Below are positions 43,938 through 53,787 of a DNA stretch of 64,000 bases, in pieces. Where the stretch lies: the NCBI GenBank assembly GCA_033551855.1, contig JAWSUI010000007.1, positions 1 through 64,000 of the forward strand. Direction: 5' to 3'. Under the pieces are notes generated by a model. That model had not been told where the DNA came from, ran no database searches, and was given only the letters and a program-made list of their open reading frames with translations. The stretch's first letter is position 1. Each line of letters begins with the position of its first letter. The stretch comes from Deferrisomatales bacterium (GTDB lineage: Bacteria > Desulfobacterota > Deferrisomatia > Deferrisomatales > JACRMM01). The position numbers were made by a program, and so were the translations under genes.

Positions 43938-45542
43938 CTACAGCGCCGTCTCCCGGAACGGGACCTTCGGGTGCTTCTCGGCCAGCCAGTTCATCGACCA
44001 CTGGCTCTTGAAGAGCACCACGGGCCGGCCCGCCTTGTCCTCGCACCACATCGTGCTCGCGTCCCGGTCCACGGCCCGGGGGTCGAGGCCGGGGCCCTCG
44101 GCGGGGGCCTCCACCCAGCGGGCGAGCTCGAAGGGCATCCGCTCGAGCTGCACGGTGACGCCGTACTCCCCCTCGAGGCGGTACTTCAGGACCTCGAACT
44201 GGAGCACCCCGACCGCCCCCACCACCGGGTCCTTGTCCCCGTATGGCTGGCGGAAGACCTGGATCGCCCCCTCCTCGCTGAGCTGCTCCAAACCCTTCTG
44301 AAGCTGCTTCTGCTTGAGCGCGTTCTTGATCCGCACCCGGGAGAAGTGCTCCGGGGAGAAGTGCGGCACCCCCTCGAAGCGCAGGTCCCGCCCCTCGGCC
44401 AGGGTGTCGCCGATGTGGAGGTTCCCGCGGTCGTGGAGGCCCACGACGTCCCCCGGGAAGGCCTCCTCCACGAGCACCCGCTCCTGGGCCAGGAACTGGA
44501 GCGGCAGGGCCAGGGTGAGCTCCCGGCCGAGACGGCTGTGACGGGCCTTCATCCCCTTGCGGAAGTGCCCGGAGCACACCCGCACGAAGGCCACCCGGTC
44601 CCGGTGCTGCGGGTCCATGTTGGCCTGGATCTTGAACACGAAACCGGAGAACCGGGGATCGTCCGGAACCACCTCCCCCTGGTCGGAGAGCCGGGGCCCC
44701 GGCGGGGGCGCCATCCCCAGGAACTCCTGGAGGAAGGGCTCCACTCCGAAGTTGGTCATGGCGCTCCCGAAGAACACCGGGGTCAGCCGGCCGGCGGCGA
44801 CCCGCGCCGGGTCAAGCTCCTCCCCGGCGCCCTCCAGCAGCTCCACCTCGCCCCGGAAGGCCGCGTAGTCCTCGGCGCTCATGACCTGGGCGATCGCCGG
44901 GTCGTCGGGGCCGGCGACCCGGGACGAGACCCGCTTCTGTCCGTGGGCCTCGGCGTCGAAGAGGCGCACCAGCCGCCCCCGCAGGTCGTAGACCCCCCGG
45001 AACCGCTTGCCCATGCCCAGGGGCCAGTTCACCGGGCAGGCGGAGATGCCGAGCACGTCTTCGATCTCGGTGAGGAGCTCCAGGGGGGGACGGCCCTCCC
45101 GGTCGAGCTTGTTCACGAAGGTGAAGATCGGGATGCCCCGCGCCGCACAGACCTTGAACAGCTTGATGGTCTGGACCTCGACCCCCTTGGCGCAGTCCAT
45201 GAGCATCACGGCCGAGTCGGCCGCGGTCAGGGTCCGGTAGGTATCCTCGGAAAAGTCCTGGTGCCCCGGGGTGTCGAGAATGTTGATCCGGGCCCCGCCG
45301 TACTCGAACTGGAGCACGCTCGAGGTCACGGAGATGCCCCGCTGTTTCTCGATTTCCATCCAGTCGGACGTGGCGTGCCGGGCGGCGCGCCGGGCCTTGA
45401 CCGCCCCGGCCAAGTGGATCGCCCCGCCGTACAGGAGGAGCTTCTCGGTCAGGGTGGTCTTGCCCGCGTCCGGGTGGGAGATGATGGCGAAAGTGCGGCG
45501 CCGGCGGGTCTCTTCCCGCAGCCGGCTCGGGGACAGGTCCAT
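43938..45542 (-). CDS. prfC: Peptide chain release factor 3
   Basis: RRTFAIISHPDAGKTTLTEKLL, DTPGHQDFSEDTYR, NKLD, FKIQANMDP.HRDR. Confidence 0.97.
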   Translation of the reverse strand: MDLSPSRLREETRRRRTFAIISHPDAGKTTLTEKLLLYGGAIHLAGAVKARRAARHATSDWMEIEKQRGISVTSSVLQFEYGGARINILDTPGHQDFSEDTYRTLTAADSAVMLMDCAKGVEVQTIKLFKVCAARGIPIFTFVNKLDREGRPPLELLTEIEDVLGISACPVNWPLGMGKRFRGVYDLRGRLVRLFDAEAHGQKRVSSRVAGPDDPAIAQVMSAEDYAAFRGEVELLEGAGEELDPARVAAGRLTPVFFGSAMTNFGVEPFLQEFLGMAPPPGPRLSDQGEVVPDDPRFSGFVFKIQANMDPQHRDRVAFVRVCSGHFRKGMKARHSRLGRELTLALPLQFLAQERVLVEEAFPGDVVGLHDRGNLHIGDTLAEGRDLRFEGVPHFSPEHFSRVRIKNALKQKQLQKGLEQLSEEGAIQVFRQPYGDKDPVVGAVGVLQFEVLKYRLEGEYGVTVQLERMPFELARWVEAPAEGPGLDPRAVDRDASTMWCEDKAGRPVVLFKSQWSMNWLAEKHPKVPFRETAL

Positions 45543-45666
45543 GGGTGGTCGGCCCTCCGGAACAAGGGCCCTATAGGCTACGGAACCCGCGGCGGTACGT
45601 CCAGACCTTTGTGCGCGGCTGGCTTCCCACGGCCGGGTGGCGAGCGGGGTCCGGGAGGGCGAGGGC

Positions 45667-46734
45667 TCAGGCGGGTTTCACCGCGTCCCGGGTGGTCTCC
45701 TTGACGCGGTACATGGCCTGGTCGGCGTGGCGGATCAAGGCCAGCTTGGTCTGGGCGTCCTCGGGGTACGAGGCGACGCCGAAGCTCGCGGTAACCCGGA
45801 TCCGGTACCCCTGCTCCGAGAGGAAGTAGTGCTCCCTGACCTTCTGGCGCAGGTTGGAAGCGACCGTGACTGCGCCCTTCTTGTCCGTGTTGGGCAGTAC
45901 GAGCACGAACTCGTCGCCCCCGTACCGCGCGGCCACGTCGGAGGAGCGCACGCACCCGCGGATCAGCCGGCCCATCTCCGTGAGCACGCGGCTGCCCACC
46001 AGGTGCCCGTGGGTGTCGTTCACGCCCTTGAAGTAGTCCACATCGAAGAACACCAGGGACAGGGGCGTCCCGTACCGGTGGGCGCGATCGACCTCGTGGT
46101 CCAGGTACTCCAGAAGGTGCCGAGCGTTGTACAAGCCCGTGAGGTCGTCGGTGATCACGAGCTCGCGCACCCTCTCGAAGTAGCGCGCGTTCTCTATGGC
46201 GATGGCGGCGAAGTCGGCGATGGTCGAGAGAATCTTGAGGTCGGCCTCGGAGAACTCTCCCTCGTCCATGTTGTTGATCAGCTCCACCACCCCCAGGATC
46301 CGGTTCCTGCACCGGAGGGGCACGCACACGATGGAACGGGTGGAGAAATCGCTCGCCTCGTCCACCGCCGGGGCAAAGCGGGTGTCTCCCCGCACGTCCG
46401 GAATCAGGAGGGACTCCCCGTGCAGGGCCACCCAGCCGGCGATGCCCTCCCCCTTATTCAAGCGGAGCCCCTTGAGCCGCTCTGCGGCGGGGGACACCGC
46501 AATCTCGAAGACGAGGTCTCCGCTAGCCTCGTCCAGAAGCAAGAGGGACCAGTTCTTCGGGCGGAGCAGCAGGCTCACCTTCTCCATGATGGCGCCCAGG
46601 ACCTCCCGCAGGTCCAGGGTGGAGGTGAGCGCCTTGCCGATATCGACGAAGGTCTCGAGCTCTTCGCTACGCCGCTCCAGCAGGGCGAGGAGCTCCTGCT
46701 CCTCGCAGGCGCTGCGGCTGGCCTTTGTGCCCAT
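45667..46734 (-). CDS. GAF-GGDEF dinucleotide cyclase with Hypr-type signature
   Basis: GAF (GEGIAGWV, DTRF, ELIN); DVDYFKGVNDTHGHLVGS; RSSD I-site; RYGGDEF. Confidence 0.88.
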   Translation of the reverse strand: MGTKASRSACEEQELLALLERRSEELETFVDIGKALTSTLDLREVLGAIMEKVSLLLRPKNWSLLLLDEASGDLVFEIAVSPAAERLKGLRLNKGEGIAGWVALHGESLLIPDVRGDTRFAPAVDEASDFSTRSIVCVPLRCRNRILGVVELINNMDEGEFSEADLKILSTIADFAAIAIENARYFERVRELVITDDLTGLYNARHLLEYLDHEVDRAHRYGTPLSLVFFDVDYFKGVNDTHGHLVGSRVLTEMGRLIRGCVRSSDVAARYGGDEFVLVLPNTDKKGAVTVASNLRQKVREHYFLSEQGYRIRVTASFGVASYPEDAQTKLALIRHADQAMYRVKETTRDAVKPA

Positions 46735-46891
46735 CGTTGTTCTCGCTGCCTCCGGGCCCGTAAGGCCCACGACGTGCCCCGGGGGAAGCCCCGGGATCAC
46801 CCCCCGCCGCACCAAGGAACGGGCGGCGGCGCCGGAGGAATCCTGGCTCCTCGCGACCGCCCCGCCGGGAGATCCGAGGGAATCCACTGCC

Positions 46892-46920
46892 TTGCACGCG
46901 CATATCTCTTCGGATAGTAT
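46892..46920 (+). promoter_or_regulatory. Sigma70-like promoter
   Basis: TTGCAC-N17-TAGTAT, followed by TGCCA-N15-TGGCA over the start site. Confidence 0.6.
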
Positions 46921-46966
46921 GCCAAAAATATTGAGAATCTGGCACAAAAAGGTCTCCGAGGACGCC

Positions 46967-48100
46967 ATGCGGATCTCGTGCCCCCGTTGCAAGAGCCAGT
47001 ACGACGTTCCGGACGAGCGGCTCGCCCGGGGTGCGGTCAAGATCCGTTGCGCTGCGTGTCAGCACGCCTTCGCCGTTCGCGCGCGCCCCGCTGACACCCC
47101 GCAGACGCCGCCGGGCCCTGCTCCGCTCCGCGAAGGGCGGGCAGCCGGGGAAATGCCCTCGACCCCGCCTCCGGAGGCCCGCTTCGAGGACGTTGACCTG
47201 GACTTGGCCGCGGAACGGCTGCTCCGGGTAACCGAGCAGCCCGGCCCCCAGGGCGGGTCTGACGAGGGGTCCTGGGGAGCGGGGGAGGGACCGAGCGACA
47301 CCCTCGAGTCCCTGGGGGATCTCGACCTGGGAGACCTGGGCGCCCTGGATCGGGACTTCGACCTTCGCGGGGAACCCCTCGCCCCCGGCTCCATCCCGCA
47401 AGAGCCGGCGGAGCGGGTGCGGGAAGACGAGCTCCTGTCGCCGCGAACCCGGACTACGCCCTCGCTGGAGGGCGCTGTCGCGCCCCGGCGGGTCGACCTC
47501 CAGCCGGGATCCCGTCACACCAAGCAGCGCGCCCGGCCCTCGCCTCTCGCCGCCAAGGACCGGGGGCGGTCGCCCCTCTTCTGGGCCGTGGCGGCGGCGG
47601 CCCTCGCCACCCTGGCGTACACGGGATACAACCTGCAACGCCACCCCGACGCCTTCACTTTCCTGAGCCCGGCCAAGGTCCGCAGCCTCTGGCAGAGCCG
47701 GCAGATCGAAGCCGTTCTCGGCGTGGAGGGGCTCACCGGGTACTACCGCGACCTGCAAGGAGACCGTCGGGCGTTCGTGATCCGGGGAGAGGTGATCAAC
47801 CGCTCGTCCGGGAACCAGAGCCTCATCCGGGTCCAGGGAAGCCTGTTCGGCAAGGACGGCAGGCAACTGGCCGTCCAGGAGGTGTTCTGCGGCAACGTCG
47901 TCTCGGATGCCGAGCTCGACACCCTTTCGCCCTCCGACGTGGAGGCCCGACTCCAGAACGAGGTGGGCGACGCCATGCAGAACTTGGAGGTCGCCCCAGG
48001 GGGCCGCGTCCCCTTCACGGTGGTGTTCTTGCCACCCCCCGCGGGAGTGGACTCCTTCAGCGTGCGCCCGGTGGGCGCGCGGGCCGAGCCCGGCACCTGA
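46967..48100 (+). CDS. Zinc-ribbon (MJ0042-like) membrane protein with DUF3426-like C-terminal domain
   Basis: CPRC...CAAC N-terminus, acidic linker, single TM, VIRGEVIN...FCGN...VPFTVVF. Confidence 0.8.
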   Translation: MRISCPRCKSQYDVPDERLARGAVKIRCAACQHAFAVRARPADTPQTPPGPAPLREGRAAGEMPSTPPPEARFEDVDLDLAAERLLRVTEQPGPQGGSDEGSWGAGEGPSDTLESLGDLDLGDLGALDRDFDLRGEPLAPGSIPQEPAERVREDELLSPRTRTTPSLEGAVAPRRVDLQPGSRHTKQRARPSPLAAKDRGRSPLFWAVAAAALATLAYTGYNLQRHPDAFTFLSPAKVRSLWQSRQIEAVLGVEGLTGYYRDLQGDRRAFVIRGEVINRSSGNQSLIRVQGSLFGKDGRQLAVQEVFCGNVVSDAELDTLSPSDVEARLQNEVGDAMQNLEVAPGGRVPFTVVFLPPPAGVDSFSVRPVGARAEPGT

Positions 48101-49854
48101 GCCCCGAGGGTTCCATCGGTCGCTTCGCCCCCCTCGCCCCCTACCTGCGGCCCCATCTTACCGCTTTCTTCCTGGGGTCCGGCAGCCTGACCCTCGGCAG
48201 CGCGTTCCAGCTCGCCGGGCCGTGGGTGCTGCGCGACGCCATCGACTCCCTGAGGGATCCGGCGGCCGCCGGCCTGCTGGCCCGCTACACCTTGGTCTTC
48301 GTCGCACTGGCTGTTGGCCAAGGGCTCTTCAAGTTCCTGTCTCGCCGCCTCTTTCTCGGGGGCGCCCGCCGGGTGGAGCACGATCTGCGCGGGTCGTACT
48401 TCGGACGCTTGATCCGGCTGCCGGCCGCTCGCCTCCAGCGGGGCCGGAGAGGGGACTTCGTCAGCCGCGCCACCCACGATCTGCAGGACATCCGGCTGTT
48501 CCTCGGTGCCGGCGCACTGAACTTCCTGCAGACCGTAATCCTCATCTCATCGGCTACGGTGCTCCTGTGGCGGATTCACCCTTTGCTTACATTCGTGGCC
48601 CTCCTTCCCTTCCCGGTGGTCTCTGTGCTGGTGCACCGGTATTCCCCCCGACTCCACCGCCGCTACCTGAAGGCGAACGAGCAGCAAGGGGAGCTCTCGG
48701 CGATGGTGCAGGAAGCCTTGGCCGGGGTTCGCGTCGTCAGGGCCTACCACCGAGAGGCCTGGCAGCAGGACCGGTTTGAAGACGCCAACCGCGCCGTGCG
48801 GGAAACACAGGCCGCCGTGGTGCGGGCCTGGGCCCTGCTCTTTCCGATGGTGGGCATGGTGGCGGGGCTGGGGCACATCGCGGTGCTGGGTCTGGGCGGC
48901 GCGTGGCTCGCGCGGGGGTCCCTCACCCTGGGGGACTTCGTTGCGTTCAATGCCTATCTGGCCATGCTCACGTGGCCAATGGTAGCGCTGGGGTGGACCC
49001 TGAGCCTGGTCCAGCGGGGAGCGGCGGCCCTGGATCGCCTCCGGGAGGTCCTGCAGTGGCCCTTCGAAGCCAGGGGCAACCGGGTTCCCCTTCCCGATGA
49101 GGCCCCGCGCCTGACGGCCCACGGCGTGTCCTTCGCCTACGAGGAATCCCCCACCCGGGTTCTCCGGGACGTGGACCTGGACCTCCCCGCGGGCTCCTTC
49201 CGCGGCCTGGTGGGGGCGACGGGCTCGGGGAAATCGACCCTGGTCGGCCTTCTCGCACGACTGCGGCAGCCGGACGCAGGATCCATCCTCCTGCACGACG
49301 TGCCCATGGGGCAGGTGGAGGAGCGGGCCTTGCGGGACCTCGTCGCGCTGGTGCCTCAGGAGGACTTCTTCTTCGCGGACTCCGTGGCCCACAACGTCTG
49401 CCTGGGCCGCCCCCGGGAAGCCGCGGGCCTGTCCTGGGCCCTGGAGACGGCAGGCCTCGCCGTGGAGGTCGCCGAGATGCCCCAGGGAGCGGACTCCCTG
49501 GTGGGGGAGGGTGGAATCACCCTCTCCGGAGGTCAGCGCCAGCGCCTGGCGATCGCCCGCGCGCTTTACGGGCGCCCTCGGTTCCTTCTCCTCGACTCGG
49601 CCCTCTCCAGTCTCGACACCGGGACGTCCCGGCGGGTTCTCTCGAGCATACGTCGGGCCCTGCCGGAGGCGGCGTTGCTCGTCGTGTCCCATCGGGGCGC
49701 GGAGGTGGACGAGGCCGAAGAGGTGGCCTTCCTCAGCGGGGGGACCATCGTCGCCCGGGGACGCCACCGCGATCTCTTGGAAACCCACCCCGGATATCTG
49801 CGCTTGTATCGGGAGGAAGAGCTCCGCCGGGAGTTGGCGGAGGCACCCCCGTGA
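48097..49854 (+). CDS. ABC exporter half-transporter with degenerate NBD; start probably non-canonical CTG
   Basis: GATGSGKST, LSGGQRQR, Walker B LLLDS. The frame is open and TM1-like upstream of GTG 48226. Confidence 0.8.
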   Translation: MSPEGSIGRFAPLAPYLRPHLTAFFLGSGSLTLGSAFQLAGPWVLRDAIDSLRDPAAAGLLARYTLVFVALAVGQGLFKFLSRRLFLGGARRVEHDLRGSYFGRLIRLPAARLQRGRRGDFVSRATHDLQDIRLFLGAGALNFLQTVILISSATVLLWRIHPLLTFVALLPFPVVSVLVHRYSPRLHRRYLKANEQQGELSAMVQEALAGVRVVRAYHREAWQQDRFEDANRAVRETQAAVVRAWALLFPMVGMVAGLGHIAVLGLGGAWLARGSLTLGDFVAFNAYLAMLTWPMVALGWTLSLVQRGAAALDRLREVLQWPFEARGNRVPLPDEAPRLTAHGVSFAYEESPTRVLRDVDLDLPAGSFRGLVGATGSGKSTLVGLLARLRQPDAGSILLHDVPMGQVEERALRDLVALVPQEDFFFADSVAHNVCLGRPREAAGLSWALETAGLAVEVAEMPQGADSLVGEGGITLSGGQRQRLAIARALYGRPRFLLLDSALSSLDTGTSRRVLSSIRRALPEAALLVVSHRGAEVDEAEEVAFLSGGTIVARGRHRDLLETHPGYLRLYREEELRRELAEAPP

Positions 49855-51644
49855 GCCGCGGCGGATGGGCCCACGACGGAGGGGGGCAGCCGTTGGACTG
49901 GCGCCTGCTGCGGCGGCTGTGGCCCTTCGTGAGGCCCCACGGCGTGGCGTTTGCGCTGGGCATCGGCGTGATGGGACTTGCCTCGGTGGCCAAGCTCGCG
50001 GGTCCCTACCTGCTCAAGCTCGCCATCGACGGACCCATCGCCCGAGGCAACCCGCGGGGGGTCATACCCTATGCCGTCCTGTTCTTGGCGGCCCAACTCC
50101 TCGAGGGGGTGCTGGAGGCGGCCCAGGCGATGCTGGTCCGGATCCGGGGGGAGGACGTGCTGCGCTCCCTGCGCTCCGCCCTTTTCGCCAAGGCCCAGAG
50201 GCTTCCGGCGGCCTACCTGGACGCCACGCCCAGCGGCCGCATCCTGTCGCGCATCACGGCGGACGTGGCGGTGCTCTCCGATCTGTTCAGCTCGGGGGTG
50301 GCGGCCCTGGTGGGCGACATCCTCCTCCTGGTTGGCATCCTCGCGGCCATGGCCCACCTCGACCCCTATCTGGCGCTGCTGGCCTACGGCAGCCTCCCCG
50401 TGCTGCTGGTATCCTCGGAAGTCTTTCGCCGCCGCCTGCGTTCCGTGTACCGGGCCACTCGCGAGAAGACCGCCCGCCTCACCGGCAGGCTCCAGGAGCT
50501 CTTGCGGGGGGTGAACGTCCTCCGGATCTTTGCCGCCGAGCGCTGGGCCGACGCCGAGCTCGGAAAGGCCAACGCCGAGCACCGGGATGCCTTTCTCCGG
50601 TCGGTCACCCTCTACGCCCTCTTCTTCCCGCTGGTGGAGCTCGTCTCCGCCCTGACCGTTGCCCTCCTCCTGTGGCAGGGGGGGGGCGCCGTGGTGCGCG
50701 AGGCGGTGACCTTCGGGGTGCTGGTGGCCTTCCTCGAGTACCTCCAGAAGTTCTTTCGGCCCGTTCGGGATCTCAGCGAGAAATACAACGTGCTCCAGGC
50801 TTCTATGGCGGCCGCGGAGCGCATCACCGATTTCCTGGACCTTCCGGAGGAGCCCGCGGGGGGAAAGGCGCGGATTCCCCTGGCGGGCTCGCTGGAGCTC
50901 GACCGGGTGGGGTTCGCCTACGACGGCGGCCCACCTGTGCTCCGGGAGGTGTCCTTCTCCCTGGCTCCCGGGGAGGTGGTCGCCCTGGTGGGCCCCACCG
51001 GGTCGGGCAAGTCCACCCTCGTGAGCCTCTTGCTGGGATTTCGCCGCCCGTGCTCGGGGACCGTTCGGATGGACGGCCGGGAGCTGGGAGAGTTGGACCC
51101 GGGGGCCCTGCGCGAGCAGATGGCCCTGGTGCCCCAGGAGGTCTTCCTCTTCCAGGGGAGCGTGCTGGACAACATCACCCTGGGCCGGCCGGGCATCGGC
51201 CGTGACGCGGCGGAGGCCGCCGCCCGGGCCGTGGGCCTCCACGACGCCGTGGCCTCCCTCCCCCAGGGCTACGACACCCAGGTGCTGGAGGAAGGAGCCC
51301 TCCTGAGCGCGGGCCAGAGGCAGCTCGTCGCCTTCGCCCGCGCCCTGGCCGGCAACCCTCGCCTGCTGATCCTGGACGAGGCAACATCGGAGATCGACCA
51401 GGCCACCGAGGCGGCGATCGAGTCGGCCTTGGTGACCTTGCTCCGGGGCCGGACCAGCCTGGTGGTGGCCCACCGCCTGGCCACCGTCCGCCGCGCCGAC
51501 CGAGTGGTCGTCCTGGCCCGAGGGCAGGTGGCCGAGCAGGGCACCCACCGGGAGCTCCTCAGCCGCCCCGGTCTGTACCGCACCCTGTACGAGCTGCAGT
51601 TCCGCCGCACGGAGTCCGGAGAGCCTGTCGGGAACTCGCCGTGA
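49851..51644 (+). CDS. ABC exporter half-transporter with consensus NBD
   Basis: GPTGSGKST, LSAGQRQ, ILDEATS, VAHRL. Confidence 0.92.
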   Translation: MSRGGWAHDGGGQPLDWRLLRRLWPFVRPHGVAFALGIGVMGLASVAKLAGPYLLKLAIDGPIARGNPRGVIPYAVLFLAAQLLEGVLEAAQAMLVRIRGEDVLRSLRSALFAKAQRLPAAYLDATPSGRILSRITADVAVLSDLFSSGVAALVGDILLLVGILAAMAHLDPYLALLAYGSLPVLLVSSEVFRRRLRSVYRATREKTARLTGRLQELLRGVNVLRIFAAERWADAELGKANAEHRDAFLRSVTLYALFFPLVELVSALTVALLLWQGGGAVVREAVTFGVLVAFLEYLQKFFRPVRDLSEKYNVLQASMAAAERITDFLDLPEEPAGGKARIPLAGSLELDRVGFAYDGGPPVLREVSFSLAPGEVVALVGPTGSGKSTLVSLLLGFRRPCSGTVRMDGRELGELDPGALREQMALVPQEVFLFQGSVLDNITLGRPGIGRDAAEAAARAVGLHDAVASLPQGYDTQVLEEGALLSAGQRQLVAFARALAGNPRLLILDEATSEIDQATEAAIESALVTLLRGRTSLVVAHRLATVRRADRVVVLARGQVAEQGTHRELLSRPGLYRTLYELQFRRTESGEPVGNSP

Positions 51645-51793
51645 GAGGGCCGAAGTGCACGGCGCGCCCGGGCAAACGACGAGACACGACCCAGCAGATC
51701 GGCGAGTGAGCGCGCGCCCAACGCCGCAGCCGAGCGCGCGACAGAGTGGTTCAAAGCTTTGAGACCGCGACAGCCACCCGCGAGGACCGCACC

Positions 51794-53119
51794 ATGGGAG
51801 ACACCCTGCCCACCGACCACCTGCCCGAGCTTCTGGGCCTCCTGGCCGTGCTGCTCCTGCTCTCGGCCTTCTTCTCGGGGTCCGAGACCGCACTGCTCGG
51901 CACCGACTGGCTCAAGATGCGCTACCTGGCACGCAAAGGGAACCGGCGCGCCCGCATCCACCAAGGTCTCATGGAGCGCAGGGACCTCCTCCTGGGCACC
52001 ATCCTGGTGGGGAACAACCTGGTCAACATCGCCGCCTCCGCCATCGCCACCGCCTTGGCCTTGTCAGCCTTCGGCGAGCGGGGCATCGCGGTGGCCACCG
52101 GAGCCATGACGCTGCTCCTCCTGGTCTTCGGCGAGATCGCTCCCAAGACCTTCGCGAGCCAGCGCGCCGAGCCCGTGGCTCTCGCCGTGGCGCCCGTGTT
52201 CGCCCTCCTGGGCCGCCTGCTATACCCCGCCGTGGTGGCGGTGACCTTCCTGTCCAATGGGCTCCTGCGGCTGTTCGGAGCTCGGCCCGAGGCCGCTCTG
52301 CGCCCGAGCCTCTCCGAGGACGAGATCCGGACCCTGCTCACGGAAGGGGGCGCGGGTGCGGCGGTGGCCGAGAGCAAACGGCGCATGCTCCACGGGATCT
52401 TCCAGATGGGACGCCAGACTGTGCGCGAAGTCATGGTCCCCCGCACCCGGGTGCGGGCGTTGGACGTGGCCACGACGGTCCCGGAGGCCGCGGAGAATTT
52501 CGTCACCTCCGGGTACACCCGCCTGCCCGTCTACCGGGAGAGCCTCGACGAGATCGTCGGGATCGCCCATGCCCGGGATGCCCTGGCCCTTTTGGGCAGG
52601 GGCACTGCCGGAACCCTCGCGGCCATCGCGCGGGAACCCCTCTTCGTCCCGGAGTCCAAGGACCTGGAGAGCATGCTCTACGAGTTCCAGACGCGCCGCA
52701 CCCACATGGCCGTGGTGGTGGACGAGTACGGGGGGGTCGAGGGGATCGTTACCCTGGAAGACGTCCTGGAGGAGATCGTGGGAGAGATCCGCGACGAGCA
52801 CGACGTGGAGGCGGACTCCATCCGCTTCCTTCCCGGGGGAGAGGTGCTTGTGCACGGGGGCGTATCGCTGCGGGAGCTGAACCAGCGTCTGAAGCTGCGG
52901 CTTCCCACCGATACGGACGTCACCCTAGGCGGGTTCGTGATGACCCGCTTGGGCCACATTCCCGAGGTCGGGGAGTGCGTGCGCCACGGAAGCTCGGAGC
53001 TTCGGGTCGAGCGCACCGGGCGGCACCGGGTCCTCCTGGTCCGGGTTACCCCCCTGCCTCTTCCCGTCTCGGGGAGGGCGAATACCCCCGGCGGGGACGT
53101 GCCCCCGAAGGGTGGCTGA
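51794..53119 (+). CDS. HlyC/CorC (CNNM-CBS) transporter
   Basis: [54 protein letters not shown]. Confidence 0.92.
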   Translation: MGDTLPTDHLPELLGLLAVLLLLSAFFSGSETALLGTDWLKMRYLARKGNRRARIHQGLMERRDLLLGTILVGNNLVNIAASAIATALALSAFGERGIAVATGAMTLLLLVFGEIAPKTFASQRAEPVALAVAPVFALLGRLLYPAVVAVTFLSNGLLRLFGARPEAALRPSLSEDEIRTLLTEGGAGAAVAESKRRMLHGIFQMGRQTVREVMVPRTRVRALDVATTVPEAAENFVTSGYTRLPVYRESLDEIVGIAHARDALALLGRGTAGTLAAIAREPLFVPESKDLESMLYEFQTRRTHMAVVVDEYGGVEGIVTLEDVLEEIVGEIRDEHDVEADSIRFLPGGEVLVHGGVSLRELNQRLKLRLPTDTDVTLGGFVMTRLGHIPEVGECVRHGSSELRVERTGRHRVLLVRVTPLPLPVSGRANTPGGDVPPKGG

Positions 53120-53260
53120 AGCACCGCCGCCCCGGGGGCTTCCAGCCCCCGGCACAGGACCCCGACGCCGTCCCCGGAGGACCTCTCGCGCTCGATCCTG
53201 CCCCACTCGCCACCACTTCAAAAACTTCCTGAAAAGACCGGTAGTTTTTGTGCTCGAGCC

Positions 53261-53289
53261 TTGACAGGCCCCTGGGCGGTTTGTATAGT
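53261..53289 (+). promoter_or_regulatory. Sigma70 promoter of the dcw cluster
   Basis: TTGACA-N17-TATAGT. Confidence 0.85.
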
Positions 53290-53299
53290 CACGCCCATT

Positions 53300-53324
53300 G
53301 TGGGGCGAAGTGGGATAAAGTGGG
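53300..53324 (+). promoter_or_regulatory. MraZ-binding direct repeats
   Basis: GTGGG at 53300, 53310 and 53320 (10-bp period), matching known MraZ boxes. Confidence 0.85.
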
Positions 53325-53346
53325 TGAAGAGCCCAGGGGAGCATGG

Positions 53347-53787
53347 ATGTTCCGCGGGTGCTACGAGCACACCATCGACGACAAGGGACGCCTGAGCATC
53401 CCTTCGCGCCTGCGCGAGGCGCTCGACGCGGCGTTTTCCGGCCCTCTGTTTCTCACCCGCAAGGACGACTGCTTGGTGGCCTACCCGGCGGACGAGTGGC
53501 GCTCCCTCGAGGCCAAGGTCAATGCCCTGCCCTCCTTCGACCCAAAAGTGGTTGCGTTCCGACGGTTCTTCGTGGCCCCCGCCCAGGAGTGCCCCCTGGA
53601 CAAAGCGGGCCGGATCTTGATCCCTCCGCACCTGCGGTCCTTCGCCGCCTTGGAGCGCGAGGTCGTGCTGGCCGGGATGGGGAATCATCTGGAGATCTGG
53701 TCCAGGGATCGCCACGATGCCGCGATGCAGGCGGCCCAGGCCGACTTCGCCCAACTGGCCCAGGCCATGGGGGCTTTGGGCCTGTGA
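53347..53787 (+). CDS. mraZ: Transcriptional regulator MraZ
   Basis: MFRG.YEHTIDDKGRLSIP, LDKAGRILIP, LEIWS. Confidence 0.96.
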   Translation: MFRGCYEHTIDDKGRLSIPSRLREALDAAFSGPLFLTRKDDCLVAYPADEWRSLEAKVNALPSFDPKVVAFRRFFVAPAQECPLDKAGRILIPPHLRSFAALEREVVLAGMGNHLEIWSRDRHDAAMQAAQADFAQLAQAMGALGL

